A stretch of DNA of 63,502 nucleotides, counting the filler, from Folioceros fuciformis (taxonomy: Eukaryota), in the NCBI GenBank assembly GCA_049999805.1. It is 18 parts of 18 records of this genome, joined end to end, with 100 filler letters (N's around TTAATTAATTAA, not from the genome) between each part and the next. Parts side by side here need not be neighbours in the genome. Positions count along the whole stretch, not along the records: positions 1 to 6,696 come from JBNGIO010002824.1; positions 6,797 to 11,733 come from JBNGIO010002825.1; positions 11,834 to 13,035 come from JBNGIO010002827.1; 15 more parts are not named here. One strand, given 5' to 3'. A program made the translations under genes and the position numbers. The notes beneath the pieces are model-generated. The model had not been told where the DNA came from. It ran no database searches and was given only the letters and a program-made list of their open reading frames with translations. Shown here piece by piece: positions 1-12,742 of the stretch (positions are counted from its first letter, which is position 1; each line of letters begins with the position of its first letter).

Positions 1-539
1 AGGCGAAGGCAGGCAGCCCGATCACCAGCGGCTAGCCCAGCCCGGTCTAGCTGCTAGCGGGTAGGCCGGCTTGCAGGGGCTGGCACGCGGATTCGACTGG
101 GCTGCTAGGCAGCCGCATGGCCGGGGAAAGGATCGTAGGCGGTATGGCAGCTGGTCGAGGTAGATCCATGGCAGCAAGGTGCAAGCCAGCAGGCAGGCCG
201 AGCCGGATCCAGTCGGAACAAGGTGGCTGGTGGGCTGCAGGCTGATCCAGGCCAGGTAGGCTGGCAAGCCGGATCCTAGTCGCTGCAGGGGACGCGCATC
301 CTAGTAGCTGGCTGGATTGCGGCCAGGCCTACGAGGCGGGAGCAAGGTGCTGCCCTCGCGAGATGGCTGGGGCTGGATCATGGCCAGTTGGCGGGCTGGC
401 AGTAGCTGCTGGAGGGCCTAGCAGCAGCCCAGCCCGGGTCGGACCCATGGCGGGCTGGCCTGGAGCGTGTTGCAGGCTGGCCTGGATTGGGTCTAGCAGG
501 ATGGCTAGTCCGCGGCCAAGCAGCAGCAGGGCGGGGGCG

Positions 540-670
540 GATCAAGCCAGCCAGATGGGCAACTGGCTCTGGGCAGGCCGCCAGGAAGGTAGCCTGGTCC
601 TGCTGATCGAGCCAGCCAGATGGGCAGCTGGCTCTGGGCAGGCCGCCAGGAAGGTAGCCTGGTCCTGCTG
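540..670. repeat. 65-bp direct tandem duplication in GC-rich low-complexity DNA
   Basis: gatcaagccagccagatgggc...ggtcctgctg at 540 repeats at 605. Confidence 0.85.
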
Positions 671-2159
671 CAAGCAAGTAGCAGGCAGGCCAGCAAGCTA
701 ACTGCCTGGACGGGATTGAGGCAGACAGGAGGCAAGCTGGCGCGGCCCAGTCGTGACCAGATTAGCGGCTGACAGCTACCATAGAGCTGGCTAGGATCCA
801 GGCTGCAGGTAGGCGATGCCACCGGGCCTGCCGCGAATGAGGCTGGAGCGGACCCAGGCAGAGCGGGTCCAGTAGGCAGAGTGGATCAAGCGAGGTGTGC
901 GTGGGTGGAGGCCGGATCGCCAATACAGATTGAGCATGCGAGCAGGGAGGTAAGCCAAATTGACGGGGACTGGCAATGGATCTAAGCGGGCAGGCGAATT
1001 GAAGCAGGGACCATTCGGCAGGTAACCCAGCGTTTGCAGCGCGGGCAGCATGGTCGGATGCGGGCAGATTGGTGGCTGATCGACTAGCGAGTCGGATCTA
1101 GCCATCCATCTAGTCAGCGGCCTAGCCAAAAGCCTGACAAGGGGTGGGTGGCGGAGCAGAAGGAGGAGGGCGACTGGCCTGACGCGGCCATGCTGCCCTT
1201 GCGCCTTCACATTGCAAAAGACAACTCTCATGTTGATAGGGACAGGTAGGTTGCAGGCAGCTGCCTCGAGGGGGCTGGGGCTAGAGATTTTCATGTTGCT
1301 CTTCCTGTGGAATCAGATAGCGAGAGAAGCCACAAGGCTTGGGATGTTGGTGCGTATTTCCCTTGAGTAGGGTGGTTGTGGCCAGCCTTTGCTCAGGCGA
1401 TCACAGGTGCTGAGGGACGTGTGGGAGCCGGTTGGTTGGGTTGGTGGGAGAAACCCCAACCTGCAGGACTTGGCCAACGGGGGACACGTGCAGGAATTGG
1501 GTTACTCCATGAGGGTGGTTCCGTGCAGTAATGGTATTGGCAAAGTTGGGTTTTGGGGGCCCGTAATTGGAAAGAATGGGGACGAGGAGGCTATCCCTCA
1601 GGCATGCGTATGCGTTCTGACGTCAATACTGAGCCTTTTTAGCGGTGGTCTACAAAGGCTCGGAGATGTCATTGGAACATCCAGGAAATGCACCAATAAT
1701 TGCTCATGGGATCAAGAGCATAGCAAGTCGGGTCCCGGCTCGAGCCTGGCGTTGAGCAAGGAGGGTACGGTGACCTAGACAAGGGTCGGGGGCGAGAGTT
1801 GCCAAGGAACTGCATGCGACGAAACTAAGGGATAACACCCGATCCGGATATATGACATAAGTGGTATTCAGCTTTCCCTCCGCTAACAGGTCGCTGGTAG
1901 GCGGAAGGTCTCGCACAGGTGTGTTGCTAGTGGGTGAGAAGCCCAGTGATGGTTATGTTGGCAGAATGGAGGGGGAACTTGAAGATGGAGGACTCTGAAG
2001 AATGCAGGATGGTCGGAGGGCAGGAGATAATTCCATCCGAGAGAGGAGAAGGGGGAAAGAGAAGCACCCCTGATTTGTGGTAGTTGTGAGGGATTGATGA
2101 TTTTAGGGTAAAGGGCAGCTAACGGTGTCAAGGGGGTAATGAGCAATTAGAAGCAGGAG

Positions 2160-2590
2160 TAGGTTAGAGTTAGGGTTCTTGGTTGGGGTTAGGTTTAGGT
2201 CAGACCTAGGTTAGGTCTAGGTCAGGCCTAGGTTAGGGTTAGGTCAGACCTAGATTAGGTCTAGGTCAGGCCTAGGTTAGGTTTAGGTCAGACCTAGGTT
2301 AGGTCTAGGTCAGGCCTAGGTTAGGTTAAGATCAGACCTAGGTTAGGTCTAGGTCAGGCCTAGGTTAGGTCTAGGTCAGACCTAGGTTAGGGTTAGGTCA
2401 GACCTAGGTTAGGGTTAGGTCAGACCTAGGTTAGGGTTAGGTCAGACCTAGGTTAGGTTTCGGTTATATCCAGGTTAGGACAAACCCAGATTAGGTTAGG
2501 TTAGGTCATACTTAGGTTAGGTTTAGGTCAGAACTGGATATAGGATGGGTTAGGTCAGAGAGAGAGATGGTTAGGTAGTTGACTCAGGTT
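2160..2590. repeat. Telomere-like 11/22-bp tandem array (GGTTAGGGTTAGGTCAGACCTA variants)
   Basis: Repeated TTAGG(G)/TTTAGG motifs alternating with the hairpin TAGGTCAGACCTA. Confidence 0.9.
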
Positions 2591-3331
2591 AACCCTAGTA
2601 GATAGAGATGAGGGCTAGGCAATATAAGAGGGGAGACCTGCCAGTGAGAAGGGGGCTGTCTACGGTGCGATTTCCCTGGACCTTGTGTGCGGAACTCCTG
2701 GCTAAGGGTGCTGAGCTGGTTGAGATTGAACCAAGGTCCTGATTTCCCTTGCCACTAGGGAAACGTAGAGGATCCCAAGACTGCCAAGATTCGTGTGGCC
2801 GGATCCGCAAGGTCTGAATGATTCGCAGGCTGGTTGAAGTGAAGTGACAGGTTCGTGAGCCAGGAGGGCTATCCAGTCCTAGTGCCCACACTACGCTTGA
2901 AGGCTGCAAGGAGTGAAGCCGTTGTGTCCCAATTTCCAGGGGATAGCTGAAGCAAAGAGAGGAAGAGTTGGAGTGAAGTGCATAGAAGTGAAGAGTCAGT
3001 TGTTGAGGTGCAGGAGTGTGGACTGAAGTGAAGGGTGAAGGGCTGAAGTGAAGAAGGAAGGACTGAAGTGGGAATCATGAAGAGCTGTAAGGCTGAAGAT
3101 CTAGAGTGTGAGTTGTGTGAGCTGATTTGAAGATAGGCTAGGCTTCTGGCCTCTTTGTTGTGTATGTTTGTTCAGGTCCATAGACCAGCTGATAGGTAGA
3201 AGTGTGAGTAGATAGTTGTAGGTGTTCCTTGACACTAGTTCACTCCCTTGGGAGCGAATCATAAGACTGCAACGACAAAAAGGGAAAGTGTGGCCCTTTG
3301 GTGGTTCTTGGATGCAAGAAATCACTCCACA

Positions 3332-6111
3332 ACGATCTCTATCTTCTAAATATTCAGTAAACATCCCTACCGGTAGACACCCAAAAGTCAGCCCCTAGGT
3401 CTCTATCCAAGTCAGACTCCCTTCTCTAGCACTGCCGAGCCAGCCACATGAGGGCCCGCTACCTTCATTTCTTGTCAAATCCCACCATGTACAGAGACCC
3501 TATATCAACTACGATGTCTCCAGACCTATACTGCGAGATGTGCCAGTATGCAAAACACCTGCTCGAAGTCGTCCATTTGAACAGCTGTGGCCCCATGAGC
3601 ACATCCTCTTTTGGTGGTCACTTATATTTTCTGACTATTCTAGATGAATGGCGCCGATACTGCCATATATACTTCCTCAGGCATAAGGACAAAGCCCTCC
3701 AGTGCTTCAAAGAGTTTGTCGCATTGGCAGAACGGCACATTGGACTTCAAGTCAACATCCTCCAAACGGGCAATGCTGGAGAGTACATTAGCCACTCCTT
3801 TTAGACGTACTGCACATCCAAGGGCATCACTCAACAGCTCATAGTCCCGTACATGCCAGCACAGAACCTCTTTGCAGAAAGACTCAACAGATCACTGCTG
3901 GAGATATCTCGCTCATAACTCAAGCTGGCAGGCCTCACGCAAGGATATTGGGCCGAAGCTGTTTCCATAGCCAACTACATCAAGAATAGACTGCCAACAA
4001 ATGAACTTCCGAATGTCACACTATATGAGCACTAGACAGGACAGAAGCCCTGCATATCTCATCTCCGCATCTTCGGCAGCCCAGCATTTGCCCATGTTCT
4101 AGATGACCTGCGCAAGAAGTGGGACGACAAGAGTAAGAAACTGTTGTTCCTCAGTTAGTCTGACCAATCCCAGGCCTATCGCCTAATTGATCCCTCCACC
4201 CGTCAAGTAACCTTATCTCGTAGTGTTCACTTTCACGAAGCAACTTTGCTCAATACTTATATGCAATCGGTGTCCAACTTCACACCTCTCCCTGCTCTTA
4301 GCCTTCATGGTCATTCACCTTCTTCCCTTTCTGACCTTGAGGGGAACACATATAACCCCACACATTATGAATTCGTTGATATGCAAGGCCAGATAGGTCA
4401 TCAGGTTATACCACATCATCAGTCATCCAGCCACCACTTCCTGCTCCAGCACCAGTGCAACCTGCACCGCCACATGCTATAGGTCATCCATTACCTGAAT
4501 CAAAATCGTCAAAACCCGTTTTACCTCCTATCCCAGAACTTGACCAGCATGATGCATTGGAGCAACCCATACCTGCAGAGCCTACACTTAGATGGTCAAC
4601 CCGTCCTCCTCGATCTAGCTGGAAGGACCCGCCATATTAGCTTGGAGACTCCATAATAGGGAGAGGCTCCACCGACCCAACTCTAGTTCCAGAGGACATG
4701 TAACAACATCACACTCATTAGATCCATGTAGCCCTACATCAAGCAATGTCAGCAATCGAAATGCAAGACATACCTCAGTCCATTGAGGAAGCCTTCAAGA
4801 CCCTTGAATGGACTGCAACAGCTAAGTCAGAATACGATTCACTGATTGCCAATGAAACATGGATACTGACCGACTTGCCATTAATCCGCAAGCCTAAATC
4901 TTACAAGTGGACGTTCAAGAGGAAGTTGAACCCAGAGGGCACAGTATCCCGATATAAAGCAACGCTAGTCGCTAGAGGCTTCAGCCAAGTTCCCGGCTTT
5001 GACTATGAAGAGAATCGACTCTACAGCCCTGTAGTTAAATCAACATTTATAAGGATACTCATGGCACTCATAGCCCAACACCGCCTGGACATCCACCAAG
5101 TTGACGTCAAGATTGCCTTTCTATATGGTACACTCAACGAAGATATCTACATGCTCCAACCCCCTGGTTACATCAAGGATTTGCTAGCCAAAGAGTATGA
5201 GATTGTAGACATAGGTCCTCTCAAGTATGCTTTAGGTGTCCAGTTCGAGAGAAACCCCGTGGACCACTCTTTCTTCATTCACCAAAAGCACTATGTAGAC
5301 CAACTTCTGGACAGGTTCAACCTAAAGGACACCAGACCTGTCACCACCCCCATAGCTGCAGGTGAGAAAGTGTTAGCAGAAGACAGTCCTACAACACCAG
5401 AGGAAGTTGAAGAGATGAAGTCTATACCTTATAGTGAAGTTGTCGGTACCCTTCTATATTTAGCAATCTTGACACGTCCGGACATTTCTCAATCTGTCAA
5501 CATAGTATCTAGATACCTTTCCAACCCTGTCAAGGCCCACTGGACATGTATCAAAAAAATCCTTAGATACCTAAAAGGAACTAGATCCCTTGGACTACTA
5601 TACAGACTAGATGGAAGTAGCAGATTGTTACTCACGTCTTTTTCAGATGTAGGGCAGGAGACCCTAATGCCAGGAAATCGACAACTGCCTACTACACCAT
5701 GATTAATGGTGACATTCTCTTGGGCATGTAAGAAGATGCCAACAGTATGCCTCTCATTCACTGAAGCAGGGTATGCTGCAACCTCGCTGGCAGCCAAGGA
5801 GATTCTCTGAATACGTTAGTTTCTGCATGGTATCAACGAGGAGCAGCATCAGCCAACTGAGCTCAAGTGTGACAACTAGTCAGCAATTGCCATGACCTTG
5901 AATCTAGTGTTACATGCTAGGACCAAGCACGTCGAGATACAACACCACTTCATCTGGCAGGTTGTGAGCAAGTATCAAGTCACCCTCATCTCAGTTGCTA
6001 TAGAAGAGAGCATAGCTGACTTGCTAACCAAGAGACTCTCCAAGACACCACACGAGCGGCACTTGAAAGAAATAGAACTAATGGCACGAGAAGCTTATCA
6101 TGGAGGGGGAG
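3332..6111 (+). mobile_element. Degenerate Ty1/copia pol (GAG-pre-integrase, integrase, RT, RNase H) ending in a PPT-like GGAGGGGGAG
   Basis: Motifs LL*HCR..H, CEMCQYAK, GGHLYFLTILDE, TWILTDLP..KWTFKRK, YKATLVARGFSQ, HARTKHVEIQHHF, IADLLTK; INT-RT-RH order; many stops; RT lacks YVDD. Confidence 0.95.
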
Positions 6112-6696
6112 CGAATCTTCCAGTTCCAGGGAAAGGCCATTGAAGACACTTAGCACTCGAACAACTGGAGTCACTGTCTAGCTAGCTGCTTAGAGCGCAA
6201 CGCCATCTTCATCTACCGGAAGAGGTTGCATCACTTCCATTCTAAATTCCTCCATGCTAACCGAACTGCTTTCAGATTGTGAAGCCTTGCGCCTTCGTTT
6301 CACTTGAGATGAGTTCTCCCTTAGCTTTTTGTGCCTGGGTACTTCAGCTTCGGCTTACTCCGTCACTGTCACCAATGGCATCGACGACGTAAGACCCAAG
6401 CTGGAGCGTTTTGGTCTGGAACGTTGGTCTGGATCAGGAATGGGCCGGCTGTTGGGCTAGCCACACTGATCGGCTGACTTGACCTGGGCTGAGGACGGGC
6501 CTGGCTGGCGGGATGTAGTCAAAGTCGGGGCGGCGCGAGGTTGGTCGGCTATGCATGCAGAGCCAGCCAGCTGGGAACGGTTGGGAGCAATAGTTGGGTG
6601 CAAATGGGTTGGTCGGGTAGTTCGTTGGTGGGCTGGCATCCAGGCGGTGGTTGCAGAAGACAGATCCGACCCGTCAGCAAGCAGTCAAGCAGCTGC

Positions 6697-6796
6697 NNNN
6701 NNNNNNNNNNNNNNNNNNNNNNNNNNNNNNNNNNNNNNNNTTAATTAATTAANNNNNNNNNNNNNNNNNNNNNNNNNNNNNNNNNNNNNNNNNNNN
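6697..6796. other. Artificial contig linker N44-TTAATTAATTAA-N44. Other copies start at 11734, 13036, 15983, 19467, 22671, 23830, 25065, 29116, 30257, 31923, 37823, 40247, 43419, 53639, 56224, 60966
   Basis: 17 identical 100-nt blocks; the core gives stop codons in all six frames; reading frames are cut abruptly at each one. Confidence 0.99.
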
Positions 6797-6898
6797 CTGC
6801 GATGGAGAATCCAGTTTCAGGCGCGCGCTCGAATCTGCCCCTACTGGGTGCGCCCTGCCTCGGCATGATTCTGGGGTCCCTCCAAAGGTTTCAGCATG

Positions 6899-6910
6899 GC
6901 TCTGATACCA
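6899..6910 (-). promoter_or_regulatory. Primer-binding site (tRNA-iMet) of a minus-strand LTR retrotransposon
   Basis: GCTCTGATACCA is the reverse complement of TGGTATCAGAGC and abuts TG at 6911. Confidence 0.9.
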
Positions 6911-8221
6911 TGAGAACAAAGCGATTAAGGAGCATAGCGATTCTTAGAATAGTTCTATGTGTCTTACATTTGAATAATAAAAGAGATCAAAGGTGCCCTC
7001 CCTTTGTAGGTGTCCCTAAGATTGGCTAGGGACGCTCTTTCTTCTGTGGCTAGGACTGCGATCGCTCAATTTTCAATTCTTCTTGACGTGGGAATTCGGG
7101 GGCTCCAAGCTTCTCTTCTTGAGAAAGGATATTAGTAAATGCAGCTTAATATTCTTGGGGATACTTCTATCCACAGGCCTATTGTAGCACGTTTTCGCTT
7201 GTGCTTAGGAAAGGGTGCAAACTCTTGGCTCTTAGCTCAACCTAACATCTAAGCTTTTAGAATTGCACCAACCACTTTCTCCACTGCGATGAGGTTTCAC
7301 CTTGGTTTGGTCCAACCTTTGGACTGCTCTCTCTCTTCTTGCTGTTGCAGGGTGCCTTTAGACAAGTTTGGTACTCATGTTCCCCGTTCTTCGGGTGGGG
7401 TCATTGGATTGCTGTGCATGACGCCCATGTGAGATGTCATGTTTTTGTTGGCCACAGAGGTTGGCTTTTAGTCCTTTAGGGAGGTCCCATACACTCTACT
7501 TAATGGCATTTGTCTTTGGGCTGACCTTTTCCTCATCCAGGGAGATCAACAAGTTTTTATTGCTGACGTGGTCATAACTGACCGCACACGGGTCATGGTT
7601 TGCGAGCATATTATCCTGAACTCTCCGGGTTATTCGGCATAGTGGAGTGCATCGGTTAAGGTTCACAAGTACACCCCTCTACAGGTCAGACATATCTTTA
7701 TCCCCCTTGCGATTGAGACCCAAGGGACTGTGTGCAAGGCTTTTTCCAAGTTTTTAAAGTCTTGTGCGAAGGCGATTCACAGCAGGAAAAATGGGCTTGG
7801 TCTTCCTCTCTCATACATTGTGGCGTTTTTTCAGCAAAGGGTTTCTATTGCTCTGTAGCGAGTGTTGGCTAATGCCATATATAGGACGACAACGTTGGCA
7901 GGAGAGGCACCATTAGCAACCCTACAGATATGTAGACCTTTTCTCCAACCAGACCATGATGTTTTAGGTGCTATTGGTAGCCATTAAGCTTCACAGGGCT
8001 AGCCCCGGTGCTATTGGTAGCCATTAAGCTTCACAGGGCTAGCCCCGGTGCTATTGGTAGCCATTAAGCTTCACAAGGCTAGCCCCGGTGCTATTGGTAG
8101 CCATTAAGCTTCACAAGGCTAGCCCCAAGTGTTCCTATCTACGGGTTCTAAACCCTCTCTACGGGTACATGGGTTTTTCCATTTTGTTCTTCTCAAATAA
8201 ATAAATAAGTGTTCTGATACA
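6911..8221 (-). mobile_element. Probable 5' LTR (~1.3 kb; outer end ~8195-8221 uncertain)
   Basis: Starts TGAGAAC directly next to the PBS; non-coding; contains an internal tandem array. Confidence 0.55.
7967..8126. repeat. 40-bp tandem repeat x4
   Basis: ggtgctattggtagccattaagcttcaca(g/a)ggctagcccc at 7967, 8007, 8047, 8087. Confidence 0.97.
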
Positions 8222-10126
8222 AATACCTTTATAACTTTAATTGGAACGATGTAAGGAACACCTATGGTCCAAAGTATGGAACTCTCCCACATAGCGGAAT
8301 GTGAGTTCACTTCCCTAACGAAAGACGTACACACGGGTAAACAACTTCTATTATTTTTTAAGGGTACGAGCTGAAAGTAGTTATAACAGATAGCAGGAAG
8401 CTGAAGGATACTTACGTGCAAGTTCGCGGCAAAATATTGTGACGAATCAGATTATACAGCCTGCGCACCCCACCCGATCTGCTGTGTCATCCTGATGCTG
8501 GCTCGAATGGGTATGTTGAGGCAACATTCCAAGGAGCACGCAACTTGTCTGTTCAGAGAAAGTAGATCCACTATCTACTTGGGCAGGTCAGGTCATGTAC
8601 GCGTCTGCAGAACGTGGGAACTTTATGACGAGACGCGCTTTCATGGAAACGTTGGCACATCTCCTGACCGCAATCTGGCAACTGAACCTTGCCCAGCTAG
8701 CCTACGTGCACATTGGACGGAGGGCGCTGCACACTCCTATAATTGGTGACATTGAAATAGGAGGATGATCTGCTAGGAATCGGAACAATGCTTCCCATTA
8801 AACGTAGCCTATTCCGCCTTTAAACCTGCAAATAAATGTATTTTTTATTACGTAGCCTATTCCGCCTTTAAACCTGGAAATAAATGTATTTTTTATTTCC
8901 GTATCGTACACCAACCTGGATTACGACATTGCCAGAGCACGTCCATTAATCGTGCCAGATGGCCAGGCTTACATCCGGTATTCTCAGTCGACACTGTACA
9001 CGATAAACTGGTTTGTCTAACGTGGGCAGCGATGAGGAGTTTAGTCCTGTGACAAAAAACTTTCAGCACAAACTTTCCTCCACCAGCTGCGTCTCCTCCT
9101 GTGAAGAATAAGACACGTTGATTCGTTCCTTCAAAATCAGCAGCAAAGTAACCGTTCGAAATGCCAACCAACGCCCAAGCCGAATCTTAACAACCGGAGT
9201 TCCTGGTGGGAGATCCATCGGAAGTGTACTTCAGAGCAGCATAAAACGATGCTTAAGCAACAGTTAAAGCATCACTGAGTAAACACTGGAGCCTTTCACC
9301 AACACATTCCGGATGATACTAGACACAGCAGATCGAATGCCATGCACCATACGAAACAAAACGTTGATAATACCTTTGCACTGCTAGAGCTTCTGCCAAC
9401 CCGGGAAAACTCTGAAGATGCATAGCTTGGGGTTTCCCATATCGCATATCCGCTTGTACAGATTCTAAACCAAGCGGCTAACTATCGGCTTCAAAACTGA
9501 TGCTGCCTGGACATGCATCAAATTACCCCTCCAATCTGGAATCTTAGTAAATTACATAATGTACCGCTGGAACAAAACTGTCCATCACAATCTGAGGCAG
9601 GTCAGTTTGCGGGGGGAGGGGAAGTCATCCATCCCATCGACCGACATGTCAGCAGCAGGGAGCCCATCCACTTGTTAGTAGCATCTAGACCCAGCTACAT
9701 AAGTTAACCGATAAAACACCAGGTTTCAATGCCAGAGTACCTAGGCCTGACCTTCATCCTTTTGTCAGTGCTGAACCCTGCCCTCGCTCTGATGAGGGTG
9801 AACTTGTATGGCACGGGAGAAATGATTCACTTAACAATATGCAGGACATCTCAGTGCATGGTGGAAACTTGTAGTGTCACACCTCCAGATACATGTAAGT
9901 CTGATCTTTGGTTGAGCTGATGTTCAATTGTTGAGAGCAGTGCAAATCCGCAATGTTTACACAAGATCGTCACCATGGCTCCACCCCACAGCCAACCACT
10001 TCGTTGACTGGCCATCCAGAAACATTTTCCATGAGAGACACTGCTCCGTGGCTATCAGGAAAGTAGAAACCAATGAAGGTACCATCCCTTGGAATACCAT
10101 GTGAAGTATTCCAGTCAAGGGGACTT

Positions 10127-11733
10127 CTAGTTGTACTGTAGCCCACCAAAGCCAGCAGATGTGCCCAGATTGCCTAAAAGCCCGTTCCCTGCCAAGTCAT
10201 GCTGAAGGGTGTTAGTCGGGTCCTGCAGCTGCAGACTCTGGCCTTGTGTCAACTGCAGGTTCTGACCTTGTGTCAGCTGCAGGCTCTGACCTTGTGTCAA
10301 CTGCGGACTCTGACCTTGAGTCACAGACGCCAAATTCACTCTCCCGCTGAGAGTATTCATCGCGCCCATATTTCCCAGCGAGCCAACATTAGCCCCCATG
10401 CTCCTCAGACTACTGTTAAGCCCACCACCCATGGTAACCAAGCTTCCTGCATTGGCTGCAAACGAGTTGTTGCTCCCTACGTGGCTCCCCCCCACCAATC
10501 CATTACCGTTCCCCATCCCTCCAGACCCATTGCTCAATGAACCGCCAGTGGTCACGCCATTTAAGCTTCCACCATATCCAGTACGCGCTGAGATAGACCC
10601 TAGAACATCTCTGCCTCCAACGTTTTGCTGGAATGAGCCACTTCCACTCATCTGCTGATTCATCATCATTTCTTGCAAAAAATGTTGCATAACATTCTGG
10701 GTATCCTGCTGATTGATTTGGGTGGACTGAAGGGGACTCTGTTGCAACAAAGTTGCAGCTGAGCCTTCCTGGATTGTGCTGGAGAGGACGTTGTTCAAGG
10801 GAGCTTGTTGAAGGGATCCAGAAATAGATGAGAGGGAGTTTTGAAAAGATACTGGGTTTGTCTGTGGTACCTGCTGCAAAGAGCTAGACATACCAGTCGT
10901 TGCATTTTGGAGGGGACTCGACAAGGGATTTAGGGCATTGGCCTGCAAATTTTGAGAATTGTTCAAACCAGACCGAATGACCAGGGAAGGGATGGAGCCC
11001 AGGGGGTTGGAATTTTGGGGAGCACCATTCAAAGCACTGCCAGCATGGCTACCGCCGTTGCTTAAGTGGAGAGGATGCAAAACACTGGATACCTGCTCCC
11101 CAAGCAAAGATGCCCCTGCCTGTGGATCTGACTGTTGAGAGAAACACTGGTTTTGCACCGCACCAGCAGTTGCGCTTTTCCGAGGAAAATTCAACAGACT
11201 CGCTGTACACGACACAAAACAAAATGGAAGATCAGGAGGAAAACTCCCAGAGTGGACCATACCAAACTTTCTTCAACAAGTTCACATCTGTCACTGACAT
11301 ACCTGTGGGGCCAATGTCATTATCCCGGCTGAAATCAATCAAATCTTTCATGCTGTTGACGACCTCTGATATCTGGAAAAGAATGGCGGAGCAAGTTAGC
11401 GTGAAGTGACGAGAGCGATACCATAAATGCACCTCAACTATTTCTTTCCTGGACACACCTGGAGGCAGCGAACGTATCTCTTTGTGTAGCCGAGATCATT
11501 AACAGGTTGCACCTCTAGATTTCTTGCCAATTGTCTTGCACTTGTGACAAACCTGAAGAAATGAGAGAAGAAAAACTTTTAACACATACCACTACTTCTA
11601 GTCTCCACCGACGACCCGTACCGTGGATAATGCATCACAACGCTGTTCAATGAAGAGACGACACAAACTTACAAATGGCAATTTGTTTGCATTTCCTGCA
11701 GACTGAGGTTGGAGCTACCATTTTGTGTTGCAG
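10127..11733 (-). CDS. SEU: SEUSS/SEUSS-like transcriptional corepressor, 3' part (5' cut by linker). Exons 11733-11673, 11552-11459, 11372-11303, 11202-10127
   Basis: Spliced translation ...LQEMQTNCHLFVTSARQLARNLEVQPVNDLGYTKRYVRCLQISEVVNSMKDLIDFSR... is the SEU/SLK signature; phase-consistent GT-AG introns; Q/S/G/N-rich tail. Confidence 0.93.
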
Positions 11734-12491
11734 NNNNNNNNNNNNNNNNNNNNNNNNNNNNNNNNNNNNNNNNNNNNTTAATTAATTAANNNNNNNNNNN
11801 NNNNNNNNNNNNNNNNNNNNNNNNNNNNNNNNNTCTGCATCGTGCCTCGATTGTGACCCATGCACACACACGAACAGGGATTTCCAGGTCAGCTGTGGAA
11901 ATCAAGGTGAGCTACAGAGCCACTGCAGGTGCTTCTAGACATGTTGGGATTCCATCCCACACCTCCAGTGTAATCTGTCCCGCACTCTTACAAAACCAAC
12001 CGGAACCACGAATCCTCTCCCTACGACTTGAACCTGAACCGCCTTGCCACATTGGAGACTGAAGGTTTCGCCCCCTGAAGCAGGCGATGCTTGCCAGACA
12101 CGTTTTCTTGGAACACTCGCATCCTGGTGTGGAAGAAACGTATAGGTGCAGAGACTCACCTTGTTTTGCATTGCTTTGTCCGTGCAAGCGAATGTCTCCT
12201 CAACAGTGTCTGCGTTCGTGGCTCAGAAATGCATTCACCACAGGACGTCACTCAAAGCAGGAATGCACTTGTCGCTTGTGATTGTAGTAGAGAGCAGGAA
12301 ACTACCCACTTCATCGGAATCTCTCATTCGCGTCCAACACACGAACCTCAAGATTTGTGCCCTGCATCTCTTTGCTCTCGTCCTGCCAGAAGAACAGTAA
12401 CTGCTGCACAGTGTACAAGGAAGCAACACACAATCGACTACACTCACCCCATCATTCGCCTACACTTCCCTGCTGGGACTAATAAATTCAC

Positions 12492-12742
12492 ATGTGGAAC
12501 TAATCTCTCTGCCAGCCACTCTCCTAACGAATCTGCGAACCACTCTCCTTCCAACCATCTCTTCTCTGCTCCGCCCTGAGGCATGCCAACCACTTGATGG
12601 ACCGCCTCGTTTCCTCATGTGGAACTAATCACTCTGCCAGCCAGTCTCCTAACGAATCTGCGAACCACTCTCCTTCCAACCATCTCCTCTCGGCTCCGCC
12701 CCGAGGCATGCCAACCACCTGATGGACCGCCTCGTTTCCTCA
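12492..12742. repeat. ~125-bp direct tandem duplication
   Basis: atgtggaactaatc...cgtttcctca at 12492 and 12617. Confidence 0.9.

Larger units (their letters stand above)
1..3331. mobile_element. LTR-retrotransposon terminal/non-coding region ending ...ACTCCACA at 3331, inserted into a copia element (left limit unknown)
   Basis: ~3060-3331 is the reverse complement of ~62961-63230; both copies stop at the same TG/CA terminus; copia coding sequence starts immediately after 3331. Confidence 0.6.

Noticed and set aside
1-1300. Many overlapping short ORFs
   Set aside because: GC-rich low-complexity repeat DNA with no domain motifs
1307-3331. Solo LTR starting at TGTGGA 1307
   Set aside because: Flanks CTTCC and ACGAT do not form a TSD, and no PBS or PPT is adjacent
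6741-6752. TTAATTAATTAA with regular flanks as a CRISPR-like or piggyBac-related repeat
   Set aside because: Always embedded in exactly 44+44 Ns; an assembly linker
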